From the NCBI GenBank assembly GCA_965205975.1, contig OZ242195.1, positions 2,176,001 to 2,240,000 on the forward strand: a DNA stretch of 64,000 nucleotides, written 5' to 3'. Below are positions 29,980-39,240 of the stretch, in pieces. The stretch comes from Candidatus Latescibacterota bacterium (GTDB lineage Bacteria; Latescibacterota; UBA2968). Below the pieces are notes generated by a model. The model did not search any database. It saw only the letters and a list, made by a program, of their open reading frames with translations, and was not told the origin of the DNA. How positions within the stretch are numbered: position 1 is the first letter of the stretch; the number at the start of each line of letters is the position of its first letter. Both the position numbers and the translations under genes were made by a program.

Positions 29980-31329
29980 TTATTCAATCAAACTCTGCCT
30001 ACTCTGCTCATGCACCTCAGCTTCAGGCCAATGCTTATTCAGAATATCTCTAATATTATCCTTCGGTCCAGTAAAGATCATGACCATATTCTCCGATACG
30101 AAAAATTTTTTGAGAAATGACTTTACCTCCTCATCAGTAACCGAATCATAACCGTCTTTACGTCTTGGTGGATTATAGATGGCTCTATATACCTCATTAT
30201 CCAATCTTCGCTGTGGTGTCCGTTGTTCATGGAAATGGGCATAGGCGACATTGCGACTTTCACGCAACGCTTTTATTCCCTCCCAAAAGCGAGGGTTGTC
30301 GGGAAGCTCTCGGATAAAATCGGACATTTTTGCGATCAGTTCTTCGGCACTCTGCAGCCGGGGATCGGCGGAAATTACGAGAAACCTGACATTTTCTGAT
30401 GATCGATAACTGCAACCAATGCCATAGATCAATCCCAACTCTTTTCTGAAATACTTAAAGAGCAACCCTTGGGCACCAGATCCTCCAAGCGCTCTGTATA
30501 TCATTAATGGAATAAGATCTTCTTCCCCTCTCATTCCACAAGGGATTAGCCAGGAACAAAAAACATTCTTTGTGTTTGAATCAAAGACAAAAGCCGATGG
30601 ATCAGCAGAGTCATTGACCACTGGATGTGCCAATGAATACACAAATCCACCTGCCTGTTGTAACAGACGATTATCCCGCTCTTCTATAATTGGACGAAGC
30701 AGTTTGGCAATCTCAGTAGAATCTCGGTCTGAGATTACCTTAAAAAACACCTCTTCTGTTTTTAGAAGCCGCGCATAATATTGCCTCACGTCCTTCACAG
30801 AAAGGTTCTTCAGCGTTTTTAAGGACCTTAGTTTCTTTATCCCCCATGTTTGTGCAAGTGCGAAATTGCGCATAAGATAAGAAGCATATCTCTTCAGATA
30901 ATTCTGATAGTCAACAGCCTTCAGTTTTTTCACATCTTCCAGGTCGGACTCAGAAAACTCGAGATTATGTATGAGACTATAGACTATTTCTATGGACTCG
31001 GCGCAGTTCTCAGACAGGGTGGAGATTGATATGGTCAGGGATGTTATATCGGCAAAGATGTTCAAATCAGTACCTAATACTGCCAGTTGATCTATGTACC
31101 CCTGCTTTTTTCCAGATTCCCAAATCAATTTTGAGACTGTCAGCGCAAGCCCGGTCTGAGAAGGTGGTTCCTGATTGCTTCCCGCGCCGAGAAAGACAAT
31201 CTCAATTTTGGTCAATGGCGCGCGTTCGTCCTGGCGATAAAAAATTTGGTGGTTAGAAATCTCTGCATAAGCGGGCAGGATACCAACCACGTAGCACAGG
31301 ACAAAACTAAGTATCACTTTCGGAAACAT
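29980..31329 (-). CDS. M16 (insulinase) family non-catalytic subunit
   Basis: Signal peptide; GSNQEPP..TGLA; LLFKYFRKELGLIY (substrate-binding R/Y region); no HxxEH. Confidence 0.75.
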   Translation of the reverse strand: MFPKVILSFVLCYVVGILPAYAEISNHQIFYRQDERAPLTKIEIVFLGAGSNQEPPSQTGLALTVSKLIWESGKKQGYIDQLAVLGTDLNIFADITSLTISISTLSENCAESIEIVYSLIHNLEFSESDLEDVKKLKAVDYQNYLKRYASYLMRNFALAQTWGIKKLRSLKTLKNLSVKDVRQYYARLLKTEEVFFKVISDRDSTEIAKLLRPIIEERDNRLLQQAGGFVYSLAHPVVNDSADPSAFVFDSNTKNVFCSWLIPCGMRGEEDLIPLMIYRALGGSGAQGLLFKYFRKELGLIYGIGCSYRSSENVRFLVISADPRLQSAEELIAKMSDFIRELPDNPRFWEGIKALRESRNVAYAHFHEQRTPQRRLDNEVYRAIYNPPRRKDGYDSVTDEEVKSFLKKFFVSENMVMIFTGPKDNIRDILNKHWPEAEVHEQSRQSLIE

Positions 31330-32791
31330 ATTCATTAGTCTTTTGGGAGAGTTTACTGAGCAGTTTTCTGATACCCCCTATCACCCCAAATAGAACTATA
31401 ATAGCAGGAAAAATAATAAGAATACTTCCCACTATCACGGTAGCTATAGACCATTTTTTTTCTGGCAACGTTAGTGAGAGGGTTATGGAATTGTCATCCG
31501 TCAGGTATTGATCTATCAAGCGCGGGATATCGTCTCGGCGGACAGATTTGAGATCTTTTATCAATTTTGGATACAGCAGGGGATCTTTGGCATGGGCGAA
31601 TGCTCGCCCGAACTCATTGGCCATGCCTAAACGATCATAAAACTCAGAATACATCGACTTTAACTGCAAATTTCGAGCCGCAGTAAAGTCACCCTCAGAG
31701 ACACCACGCACTCTGATCTCCTCCAATTCTGTTTGGATAGCATTCTCAATGGCATCTATGGAAGTGTCGTGTGGCAGATCTGCCGTACAACTCAGTAAAC
31801 CAAATCCTTTACTATGATAAAGCGACACTATGAAAACCCTTGCGAGCTTAGAATCGATTAAAGATGATCGCAAGGAATTTGAGTTTGCGTTCAACATACG
31901 AGCGAGAATAAGCAAGGTCGCATAGTCGCGATGGCCTAAATGGGGGGTTCGCCAACTCTTTCGATATTTAGCAATCCTGAGATTTTTTGAAGTATCTTTT
32001 ATTTTTTTTCCGAGTATTTCAGGATCGGGGAATTGCGGAGGGGGCGATTCGCTCGAAATTTCACCTGATATTTGCTCATTGCCATAAGCCTCGTCCAGTT
32101 TGGTCAGAACATGGTCAATATCCACATCGCCGATTACAACGACCAATCTCTTCTGGCGGCGCAGAAAATTTTCATGGTACGCTTTCAGAGCAACGGGTTC
32201 GAGTTGTTTAATAAAGTCCTCTGTCCCAACGCCACTAAAATCCTCTTTTTTATAGACCAGGCCCCAAAAGCGATTGACAATTTTTCTTTGAAAATCTGAC
32301 CGTCTGCGGCTTATTTCCGTCAGTACAATTCTCTTCTCCTTTTTAACGACTTCTTCATTGATCACTGTGTCGTAATATCTATCGCGGTCTATCTCAACTG
32401 CGAGGTCAATTTTGTCCTTTGGAAATCTCATTACAAAGTATGTGAAATGAGAAGAAGTAAAGGCGTTTAATTGTCCCCCATTCTCGTTAACGATTTGTCT
32501 GAGTTGCCCATATTCCTGGCTGCCAGTACCTGATATGATATGCTCTAAGAAGTGTAGCCGTCCTTGCTTCCCTTCCTCTTCATCTGCTGAGCCAGCGCAG
32601 TAGTAGGTATGGTATTCAAAGGTCGAAATTGTGCTATCTACAACAATAACGGCGTCGAGATTGGGATTGATAGTATAATGCTGTGCGGTGAGTTTTTTGG
32701 ACAAAACCTCTGTCCCAACAAGCTCATAGGCCGGACAGATATCCGACAAGCCGCAGATAATGAACACAATGAGTACATGTGTTTTCATCAT
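31307..32791 (-). CDS. M16 family zinc peptidase, catalytic subunit with C-terminal TM segment
   Basis: GSADE..GKQG.LHFLEH (HxxEH), NAFTS, EKRIVLTE; signal peptide; hydrophobic C-terminus. Confidence 0.85.
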   Translation of the reverse strand: MMKTHVLIVFIICGLSDICPAYELVGTEVLSKKLTAQHYTINPNLDAVIVVDSTISTFEYHTYYCAGSADEEEGKQGRLHFLEHIISGTGSQEYGQLRQIVNENGGQLNAFTSSHFTYFVMRFPKDKIDLAVEIDRDRYYDTVINEEVVKKEKRIVLTEISRRRSDFQRKIVNRFWGLVYKKEDFSGVGTEDFIKQLEPVALKAYHENFLRRQKRLVVVIGDVDIDHVLTKLDEAYGNEQISGEISSESPPPQFPDPEILGKKIKDTSKNLRIAKYRKSWRTPHLGHRDYATLLILARMLNANSNSLRSSLIDSKLARVFIVSLYHSKGFGLLSCTADLPHDTSIDAIENAIQTELEEIRVRGVSEGDFTAARNLQLKSMYSEFYDRLGMANEFGRAFAHAKDPLLYPKLIKDLKSVRRDDIPRLIDQYLTDDNSITLSLTLPEKKWSIATVIVGSILIIFPAIIVLFGVIGGIRKLLSKLSQKTNEYVSESDT

Positions 32792-32800
32792 ATTTAATAC

Positions 32801-33826
32801 TCACGAAAGTTCGACATCCACCGGAGCTTTTCGCTCGATACTATCGCAAATCGCTTCGCATACCACCATCGCCTGACACGCATCTCTCAGAGTTGGCGAA
32901 CCTGACTCCCCTTTTTGTACAGCCCGCGCAAAAGCCTGCATTTGCCCCCAGTACCCACCTCGTTTTTCCGCATTGTCCCGCACAGCGGGCGAATACGATT
33001 GGGATGGAATACCGGGTGAGGGTTGGTATCCCCCTTCGGGCGAATGGGGTTCAAAATCCAACGTGTGCAAATTCACCAAACGCAAATGCGCCCGCGCATC
33101 GCCTGACGCTTCAATCTTACACGTCCAATTTGGGGTACAACCAGTCAGCGTAATCATCCCCGTGGCACCGCTATCAAAATGCGCGGTACAGGCAATTGCA
33201 AATCGCCCACCCTCACCAACCGACAAATCCGCGTAAACCCGCTCGATCTCCCCACCCAAAAAACGCGCGAGATCTACCGCATGTGTTGACTGAAAAATCA
33301 TATACTGCCAGCCCGCGCGATAGTCCATATCATCCGGCCACATCGGACCTGGCATAAAATATCGGCTCTCCAAAAAGAGCAATTTACCAAACTCGGGCGT
33401 CGCCATCAGTTCTCGAAATTTCTGCACCCCAGGCGCATGCCGCATATTGTGACCAATCTGCGTAATCAGTCCTCGCCCCCCAGCCATATCGGCCAACTCC
33501 CGGGCATGGGCTGTTAAACGCGCTGGAGGTTTCTCCATCATCACCGGCAACCCCGCCGCCAGCACCTGCTTGCCGCACTCAAAGTGCATATCCGGCGGCC
33601 CCACGACCATCACGGCATCCAGGTCTTCTTTCTCGATCATCTCAGACAAATTTGTGTACCATCTTCTCGCCCCAAAAAACCGCGCATTCCGCTCTGCCAG
33701 TTCCGCTTGCAAATCACAGCAGGCGTACAGGTCCAATTCCGGTATGGTTGCAAAATTGGGATACCACGATGCACTCGCCTGTCTCCCACAGCCAACAAAC
33801 CCAACGCGAACAGGTGCGTCACTCAT
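32801..33826 (-). CDS. Gfo/Idh/MocA oxidoreductase
   Basis: RVGFVGCG, EKPPA, HAVDL. Confidence 0.9.
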   Translation of the reverse strand: MSDAPVRVGFVGCGRQASASWYPNFATIPELDLYACCDLQAELAERNARFFGARRWYTNLSEMIEKEDLDAVMVVGPPDMHFECGKQVLAAGLPVMMEKPPARLTAHARELADMAGGRGLITQIGHNMRHAPGVQKFRELMATPEFGKLLFLESRYFMPGPMWPDDMDYRAGWQYMIFQSTHAVDLARFLGGEIERVYADLSVGEGGRFAIACTAHFDSGATGMITLTGCTPNWTCKIEASGDARAHLRLVNLHTLDFEPHSPEGGYQPSPGIPSQSYSPAVRDNAEKRGGYWGQMQAFARAVQKGESGSPTLRDACQAMVVCEAICDSIERKAPVDVELS

Positions 33827-34371
33827 TTCTCACCCCTCAGTTTATTGCGAAACGACTTGCGAAACTTTTGCACCTTGGGATTGATAACAAAGATGCAATA
33901 CGGTTGATGTGGATTCTCGACAAAATAATTCTGATGATACGCTTCCCCCTCGTAAAATATTGGAAGCGGCGCAATCTCCGTCACAATCGGATCGGGCCAC
34001 AAATCCGATGCCTCTGTCTCTGCCATTGACTGCTCGGCAATTTCTTTCTGCTGTTCATCGTGATAATAGATCACCGACCGATACTGCGTACCCACGTCAT
34101 TCCCCTGGCGATTCAAAGTCGTCGGATCATGCGTGCGCCAGAAAATGAACAGGATCTCCTCAAACGAAATCACAGTCGGATCAAACACAATCTGCACCAC
34201 CTCTGCGTGCCCTGTAGTGCCTGAACACACCTCCTGATACGTCGGATTTTCTACCTCCCCTCCCGCGTACCCCGACACGACTTTATGCACGCCAATCACA
34301 TCCTGATAAATCGCCTCCACACACCAGAAACATCCGCCCCCAAGCGTCGCGGTCTCCATTGTACTGGACAT
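33823..34371 (-). CDS. msrA: Peptide-methionine (S)-S-oxide reductase
   Basis: GGGCFWC, TGHAEVVQ, DPTTLNRQGND, YHQNY. Confidence 0.97.
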   Translation of the reverse strand: MSSTMETATLGGGCFWCVEAIYQDVIGVHKVVSGYAGGEVENPTYQEVCSGTTGHAEVVQIVFDPTVISFEEILFIFWRTHDPTTLNRQGNDVGTQYRSVIYYHDEQQKEIAEQSMAETEASDLWPDPIVTEIAPLPIFYEGEAYHQNYFVENPHQPYCIFVINPKVQKFRKSFRNKLRGEK

Positions 34372-34416
34372 AGTAATACTCCTTATATGGCTATTTACAC
34401 GCTGCATTTTGCATGC

Positions 34417-34445
34417 ATCATATTCCCCCCCACGTCTTTTGTCAA
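34417..34445 (-). promoter_or_regulatory. Sigma70-type promoter of msrA
   Basis: TTGACA-N17-TATGAT on the minus strand. Confidence 0.65.
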
Positions 34446-34569
34446 GGTGAAATCAGAATCCCACCGTGCAACAGATGGCAATTTTCTATTTGACACACGC
34501 GCGCGATCCTGTCAAATTAAACCCTTGTCTTATACCGTTATTTTTTCGCTAACCTTAAAGGAGTGTTAC

Positions 34570-35394
34570 ATGCCCCAACGGGAATTCAACCTCAAATACG
34601 CCCCGCATTACGGCCATTTCTCAAACAGTGCGGGCGATGACTATCTCGACCAGCTCAAATACGCCGCGGATCAGGGCTTTACAGCCTGGGAAGACAATGG
34701 CATGCCCAAACGCGACATAGGAATGCAAGAAAAAATCGCCGCAGAAATGACCCGATTAAACCTCGAAATGGGTGTTTTTGTCGCCACGGGATCTTTTTCA
34801 GATGTCACATTTGCCGGCGACGATGAAGACGCAAAACAGGCCGTCTTAAAAGATATCAAAGCCGCCATTGAAGTTGCCAAGCGCGTAAATGCAAAATGGT
34901 GTACGGTCGTGCCCGGGCTTTACGACTTAAAACTCGCGTGGGATTATCAAACAGCCAATGTGATCGAACTGCTCAAACGGTGCTGCGACATTCTCGAAGA
35001 ATCGGGTCTGGTAATGGTGTTGGAACCGCTCAACCGCTTGACAAACCATCCCCGCGTTTATCTGGCTGGCTCGCCGCAAGCATATCTGGTCTGCCAGGCC
35101 GTCAACCACCCGTGTTGCAAAATCCTCTTTGACATCTACCACCAGCAAATCACCGAAGGCAATCTCATTCCCAATATCGACCGTTGCTGGTCTGAAATCG
35201 GCGTTTTTCAAGTGGGAGACAACCCCGGTCGCAAAGAACCCACCACTGGCGAAATCAACTACAAAAGTATCTTCAAACATCTACATGAAAAAGGCTGTAC
35301 AAGCATCGTCGGCATGGAACACGGCATCAGCCTGCCCGGCAAAGAAGGCGAAGACCGCCTGATCCAGGCTTATGTCGAATCGGATGATTTTTAG
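34570..35394 (+). CDS. Hydroxypyruvate isomerase family TIM-barrel protein
   Basis: LEPLN, FDIYHQQITEGN, DNPGRKEPTTGEINY, GMEH. ATG 34570 has an AAGGAG RBS. Confidence 0.88.
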   Translation: MPQREFNLKYAPHYGHFSNSAGDDYLDQLKYAADQGFTAWEDNGMPKRDIGMQEKIAAEMTRLNLEMGVFVATGSFSDVTFAGDDEDAKQAVLKDIKAAIEVAKRVNAKWCTVVPGLYDLKLAWDYQTANVIELLKRCCDILEESGLVMVLEPLNRLTNHPRVYLAGSPQAYLVCQAVNHPCCKILFDIYHQQITEGNLIPNIDRCWSEIGVFQVGDNPGRKEPTTGEINYKSIFKHLHEKGCTSIVGMEHGISLPGKEGEDRLIQAYVESDDF

Positions 35395-35474
35395 ATCCGC
35401 AGATAGACGCAGATGAAAGGCGAGGAACCGGTGAAGTGGCCCTCTTACGTCTTGCGTCGCACCTTTCACGCCTT
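35395..35474. repeat. Intergenic element with degenerate heptamers
   Basis: atccgcagatagacgcagatgaaaggc followed by tcttacg/tcttgcg/tcgcacc/tttcacg; tgaaagg pairs with cctttca. Confidence 0.55.
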
Positions 35475-35490
35475 TTAAGGAGCCTATCTC

Positions 35491-36489
35491 ATGAAAGCAA
35501 TTCTCGTCGGCCTCGGTGGTCGTGCGCGTCACTGGCAGGCCGCGTGCGAAGCACATCCCGAAGTCGAATTGGTCGCCTATGTCGAACCCTCAGAAGAAAA
35601 TAAAAAACGCGCGATAGAAGAACGCGGCGTCCCTGCGAATCTCATCTACGACGACCTCAGCGATGCCGCCTCAGTAGAAGCTGACTTTGTCGTTGACGTC
35701 ACCCCACCCGCTGTTCACGAAATCATCGCGATGAAAGCCTTTGATGCGGGCCTCAATCTATTGGGCGAAAAACCCCTGAGCGATAATTTCGAAGCCGCCA
35801 AACGCATCGTTGAAGCGGGTAAAAAAGCGGGTGTCAAACACATGATCACACAGAATTATCGCTTTAATGAACTGCCCCGCACCACGCGGCGCCTGCTCGA
35901 AGCCAGACATATTGGCGATGTGGCGCAACTCGACGTATCGCTCTATGTCGATTGGGCAGACAACCCGGGCAGCCACTATGTGACGGAACCCTATATGTTC
36001 CTCACCGACATGGGCATCCATCACTTTGACATGATGCGCTATACCCTCAATGCCGACCCCGTCAGCGCACACGCCATCACCTGGAATTTGCCCTGGGGCT
36101 GGCATCGGGGCGACGCCTGTCAGATTATCGTCTTCAAATTTGAAAACGGCATTGTCGCCACACATCGCGGTATTGGCTGTACAATGGGACATGTACCTGC
36201 GGGACACAACGGCGAATGGCGCTACGAAGGACCAAAAGGCACGTTGACCTGGGAGGGTTTTGATCTCTTTTACACACTCAAACACAAACAAAATCCACAA
36301 ATCCGCGAGCAAATCGAACTCGACGAAATCGACGGACCCAATCCCGTGCTCAACGAATTTGTCCGCGCCCTTCGCGAAGACCGCCAACCCGAATGCAATG
36401 CCGAAGACAACCTGAAATCCATGTCCATGGTCTTCGGATCCGTCACGAGTGCAAAAGAAGGACGCGAGGTACAACTATCAGAACTTTAA
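35491..36489 (+). CDS. Gfo/Idh/MocA oxidoreductase
   Basis: LVGLGG, EKPL, QNYRF, DMGIHHFD. Confidence 0.9.
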   Translation: MKAILVGLGGRARHWQAACEAHPEVELVAYVEPSEENKKRAIEERGVPANLIYDDLSDAASVEADFVVDVTPPAVHEIIAMKAFDAGLNLLGEKPLSDNFEAAKRIVEAGKKAGVKHMITQNYRFNELPRTTRRLLEARHIGDVAQLDVSLYVDWADNPGSHYVTEPYMFLTDMGIHHFDMMRYTLNADPVSAHAITWNLPWGWHRGDACQIIVFKFENGIVATHRGIGCTMGHVPAGHNGEWRYEGPKGTLTWEGFDLFYTLKHKQNPQIREQIELDEIDGPNPVLNEFVRALREDRQPECNAEDNLKSMSMVFGSVTSAKEGREVQLSEL

Positions 36490-36544
36490 GTAAAGGATCT
36501 GTGAGATTCTTGAACTGACATCAAAACAGATTGCACAATCTCGA

Positions 36545-36736
36545 GTGATCGCCAAAGGCAATCGCATTCGCGAGGTTCAACGTCTGATTCATACTTATGG
36601 TGGTCGCGCATCGAGATGGGTTAAAAAGAGCAGTCCCCGCTTTGAAATTGCCGGGTATCAATACGAAATTCACTGGTATGAACATCCCGATATTGGCCGC
36701 ATTGAGTTAAAACAAAAACGAGTTAATTCGCTATGA
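36545..36736 (+). CDS. Small basic protein, putative toxin-like domain (start uncertain)
   Basis: IAKG..IR...RL...YGG....W.K...EIHWYE...IG..E.K.K pattern; the frame is open back to 36494 without an ATG. Confidence 0.6.
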   Translation: MIAKGNRIREVQRLIHTYGGRASRWVKKSSPRFEIAGYQYEIHWYEHPDIGRIELKQKRVNSL

Positions 36737-37068
36737 TTGTTCAATTTAGAGAACAAAACAACGAATACCCCGATCTCACGCCTAATCAATATTATGTCGT
36801 AATTGGGATAGAAGCCGATGATTTTAGGATTTTGAACGACGCGGGCAGACCCTTTCTCTATAATGCTTCGTCATTTGAGGTAGTCGATCCTAAAGAGCCT
36901 GATGATTGGGTAACAGAGATTGGCGAAGATGGCGAGCGTTATGCCTATCCATTGCCGTTAAATTCGGTTGGTTTTTTTGAAGATTTTTTTGACGGAAAGA
37001 AAGACGCAGTCGTCACATTCTGGCGGGTTGTCAATCATCAGCTTGCTGCTGCATCGGAAACTGTTTAA
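36733..37068 (+). CDS. Small acidic protein, putative immunity/antitoxin partner
   Basis: ATGA overlap with the upstream gene; LT....Y.V.GIE.D.FRILND.G.P.LY....F motif. Confidence 0.7.
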   Translation: MIVQFREQNNEYPDLTPNQYYVVIGIEADDFRILNDAGRPFLYNASSFEVVDPKEPDDWVTEIGEDGERYAYPLPLNSVGFFEDFFDGKKDAVVTFWRVVNHQLAAASETV

Positions 37069-37083
37069 GATAAAGGAGACCAC

Positions 37084-38388
37084 ATGTCAGACCTGCAGGG
37101 TGACACGAGTTGGTTTACGCACGACCGTTTTGGATTATTCATCCACTGGGGATTATACGCATTGCCCGCACGGCACGAGTGGGTAAAGCAGCGAGAAGAA
37201 ATATCCGACGCGCAATACGATCGGTATTTGAAATACTTTGATCCGGATTTGTACGATCCCGAAGCCTGGGCAGATGCGGCGGCCAATGCGGGCATGAAGT
37301 ATTTTTGTGTCACCACCAAACACCACGAAGGCTTCGCGCTGTGGGACTCCAAACTGACGGAATACAAAGCGACCAATACACCCGCGCACAGGGATTTGTT
37401 AAAACCCATGGTAGAAGCGTTTCGCTCACGGGGAATGAAAGTCGGCTTTTACCATTCCCTGATCGACTGGCACCACCCGCATTTCAGAATTGACGCCATT
37501 CACAGCATGCGGAACCACCCCGATAAGGACAAACTGAACGAACCGCGCGATCAAGCCCAATACGCGGCGTATTTGCGCGGTCAAGTCCGCGAATTGCTCA
37601 CCGAATACGGCAAAGTGGATATGCTATTTTACGATTTCAGCTATCCGGCTGGTGCAAAGGGCAGACCCGAGGGTTTTGACGGCAAGGGACGAGATGATTG
37701 GAACAGCATCGAACTGATGAAAATGACGCGCGAGTTGCAGCCGGGTATTGTGATTAACGACCGACTGGACCTGGACGATGTGGAAGGCGGATGGGATTAT
37801 CGCACACCCGAACAATTCATGCCGCGAGAGTGGGTCACCTATCAGGGCGAGCGCGTATTGTGGGAGACCTGTCAAACATTTTCGGGGTCGTGGGGCTATC
37901 ACCGCGATGAAACAAGTTGGAAAAGCATCGAGCAACTCGTGCAAATGCTGGTCGGCGTGGTAAGCCGCGGAGGCAACTTATTGCTCAATGTCGGACCCAC
38001 CGGACGCGGGGTATTTGACGATCGGGCATTGCATTGCCTGAGCGAAATGGGCGAATGGATGAAATGGCACAGCCGATCCATTTATGGATGTACTGCCGCG
38101 CCAGAGGAATTTCAGACGCCAGAGGATTGCCGCTTGACCTATAATCCCGAGACCAATCGGATGTACGTACACCTGTTCACCTATCCGTTCCGCCATCTGC
38201 ATCTCGACGGATTTGCCGGCAAGGTAGAATACGCCCAGTTATTAAACGATGCTTCAGAAGTGCGATTTCACCAACCCCGCGCTGGACACACGGGAGACAG
38301 CAGTATCGAAAGAGAAACCCTCACACTGGAATTACCCGTGCAAAAACCCAATGTAACAGTACCCGTAGTCGAGTTATTTTTGAAGTAG
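37084..38388 (+). CDS. Alpha-L-fucosidase (GH29)
   Basis: RFGLFIHWGLY, TTKHHEGFALWDS, INDR, GNLLLNVGP. Confidence 0.93.
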   Translation: MSDLQGDTSWFTHDRFGLFIHWGLYALPARHEWVKQREEISDAQYDRYLKYFDPDLYDPEAWADAAANAGMKYFCVTTKHHEGFALWDSKLTEYKATNTPAHRDLLKPMVEAFRSRGMKVGFYHSLIDWHHPHFRIDAIHSMRNHPDKDKLNEPRDQAQYAAYLRGQVRELLTEYGKVDMLFYDFSYPAGAKGRPEGFDGKGRDDWNSIELMKMTRELQPGIVINDRLDLDDVEGGWDYRTPEQFMPREWVTYQGERVLWETCQTFSGSWGYHRDETSWKSIEQLVQMLVGVVSRGGNLLLNVGPTGRGVFDDRALHCLSEMGEWMKWHSRSIYGCTAAPEEFQTPEDCRLTYNPETNRMYVHLFTYPFRHLHLDGFAGKVEYAQLLNDASEVRFHQPRAGHTGDSSIERETLTLELPVQKPNVTVPVVELFLK

Positions 38389-38449
38389 GGGCGATCCGTG
38401 AACTGGTCTGGGCTGCGACCAGTTGTACACCGCTCGTGGTCGCCCGTAG
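38385..38449 (+). repeat. GTAG-type REP-like palindrome with internal hairpin
   Basis: GTAG-GGGCGA...TCGCCC outer stem; inner aactggtc/gaccagtt stem. Confidence 0.7.
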
Positions 38450-38476
38450 TCAAGTTATTTTTAAAGGAGTAAAAAA

Positions 38477-39184
38477 ATGACAATGACAGAAACGACCTTG
38501 CGAAAACTCAGTGCCGACGAGTTGGAAATCTATCGCGAACAGGGCTATGTGATTGTGCCAGACGTTTTTCCGCTGAAGGAACTCGCGGAAATCGACCGCG
38601 AGATCGATCGCCTTCAGGAAACACAAAAAAAAACGGGGCGCAACAAAGGATGGATCATGCAGTTGGGATTGCGCTCAGAAGTGACCCGCCAATTTGTCCA
38701 GGATGAGCGGGTATTGACACTGATCGAAGACATTGTAAAACCCGGCATTTCGATTTATTCGGCCAAGTTGACGGCAAAAGTGCCGCATTCCAACGACATC
38801 TGCCACTGGCACCAGGACGACGCGTATTACAATACGCGCGCCCTGAGCAAAACGCGCATGTCCACCTGGATACCGCTACAGGATGCGGATGAGACAAATG
38901 GGTGTTTGTGGGTCGTGCCACAAAGCCATAAGGGCGGCGTGGTCACGCATGGACCATTTGGCGGACAATGCCCAAAGTGTATGGGACCAGCCGATCTCAT
39001 GTTCGATGATGCGATCCCCTGTCCTGTAAAAGCCGGGGATATCCTTTTATTCCACGCCTGTTTGTGGCATCATTCCAAAGGCAACCAGACAGACCATGTG
39101 CGGCGGGCATTTATTGTCTCTTATCAAGAGGCCACCGTGCCGCGTGGCAATGGCGATCAGTATAAAATTCTGAGGTCCGCATAA
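38477..39184 (+). CDS. PhyH family Fe/2OG dioxygenase
   Basis: WHQD, WIPLQDA..TNGCL, HHSKGN.T...RR. Confidence 0.9.
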   Translation: MTMTETTLRKLSADELEIYREQGYVIVPDVFPLKELAEIDREIDRLQETQKKTGRNKGWIMQLGLRSEVTRQFVQDERVLTLIEDIVKPGISIYSAKLTAKVPHSNDICHWHQDDAYYNTRALSKTRMSTWIPLQDADETNGCLWVVPQSHKGGVVTHGPFGGQCPKCMGPADLMFDDAIPCPVKAGDILLFHACLWHHSKGNQTDHVRRAFIVSYQEATVPRGNGDQYKILRSA

Positions 39185-39240
39185 GGAGATGGTAGAACAG
39201 GAGTTTGGGATCTGTTGTTCCCGCTCGACTTTTACCTTGT

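Noticed and set aside
34285..34569. N-terminal extension of the Hyi-family ORF
   Set aside because: Overlaps msrA and its promoter; the RBS supports ATG 34570.
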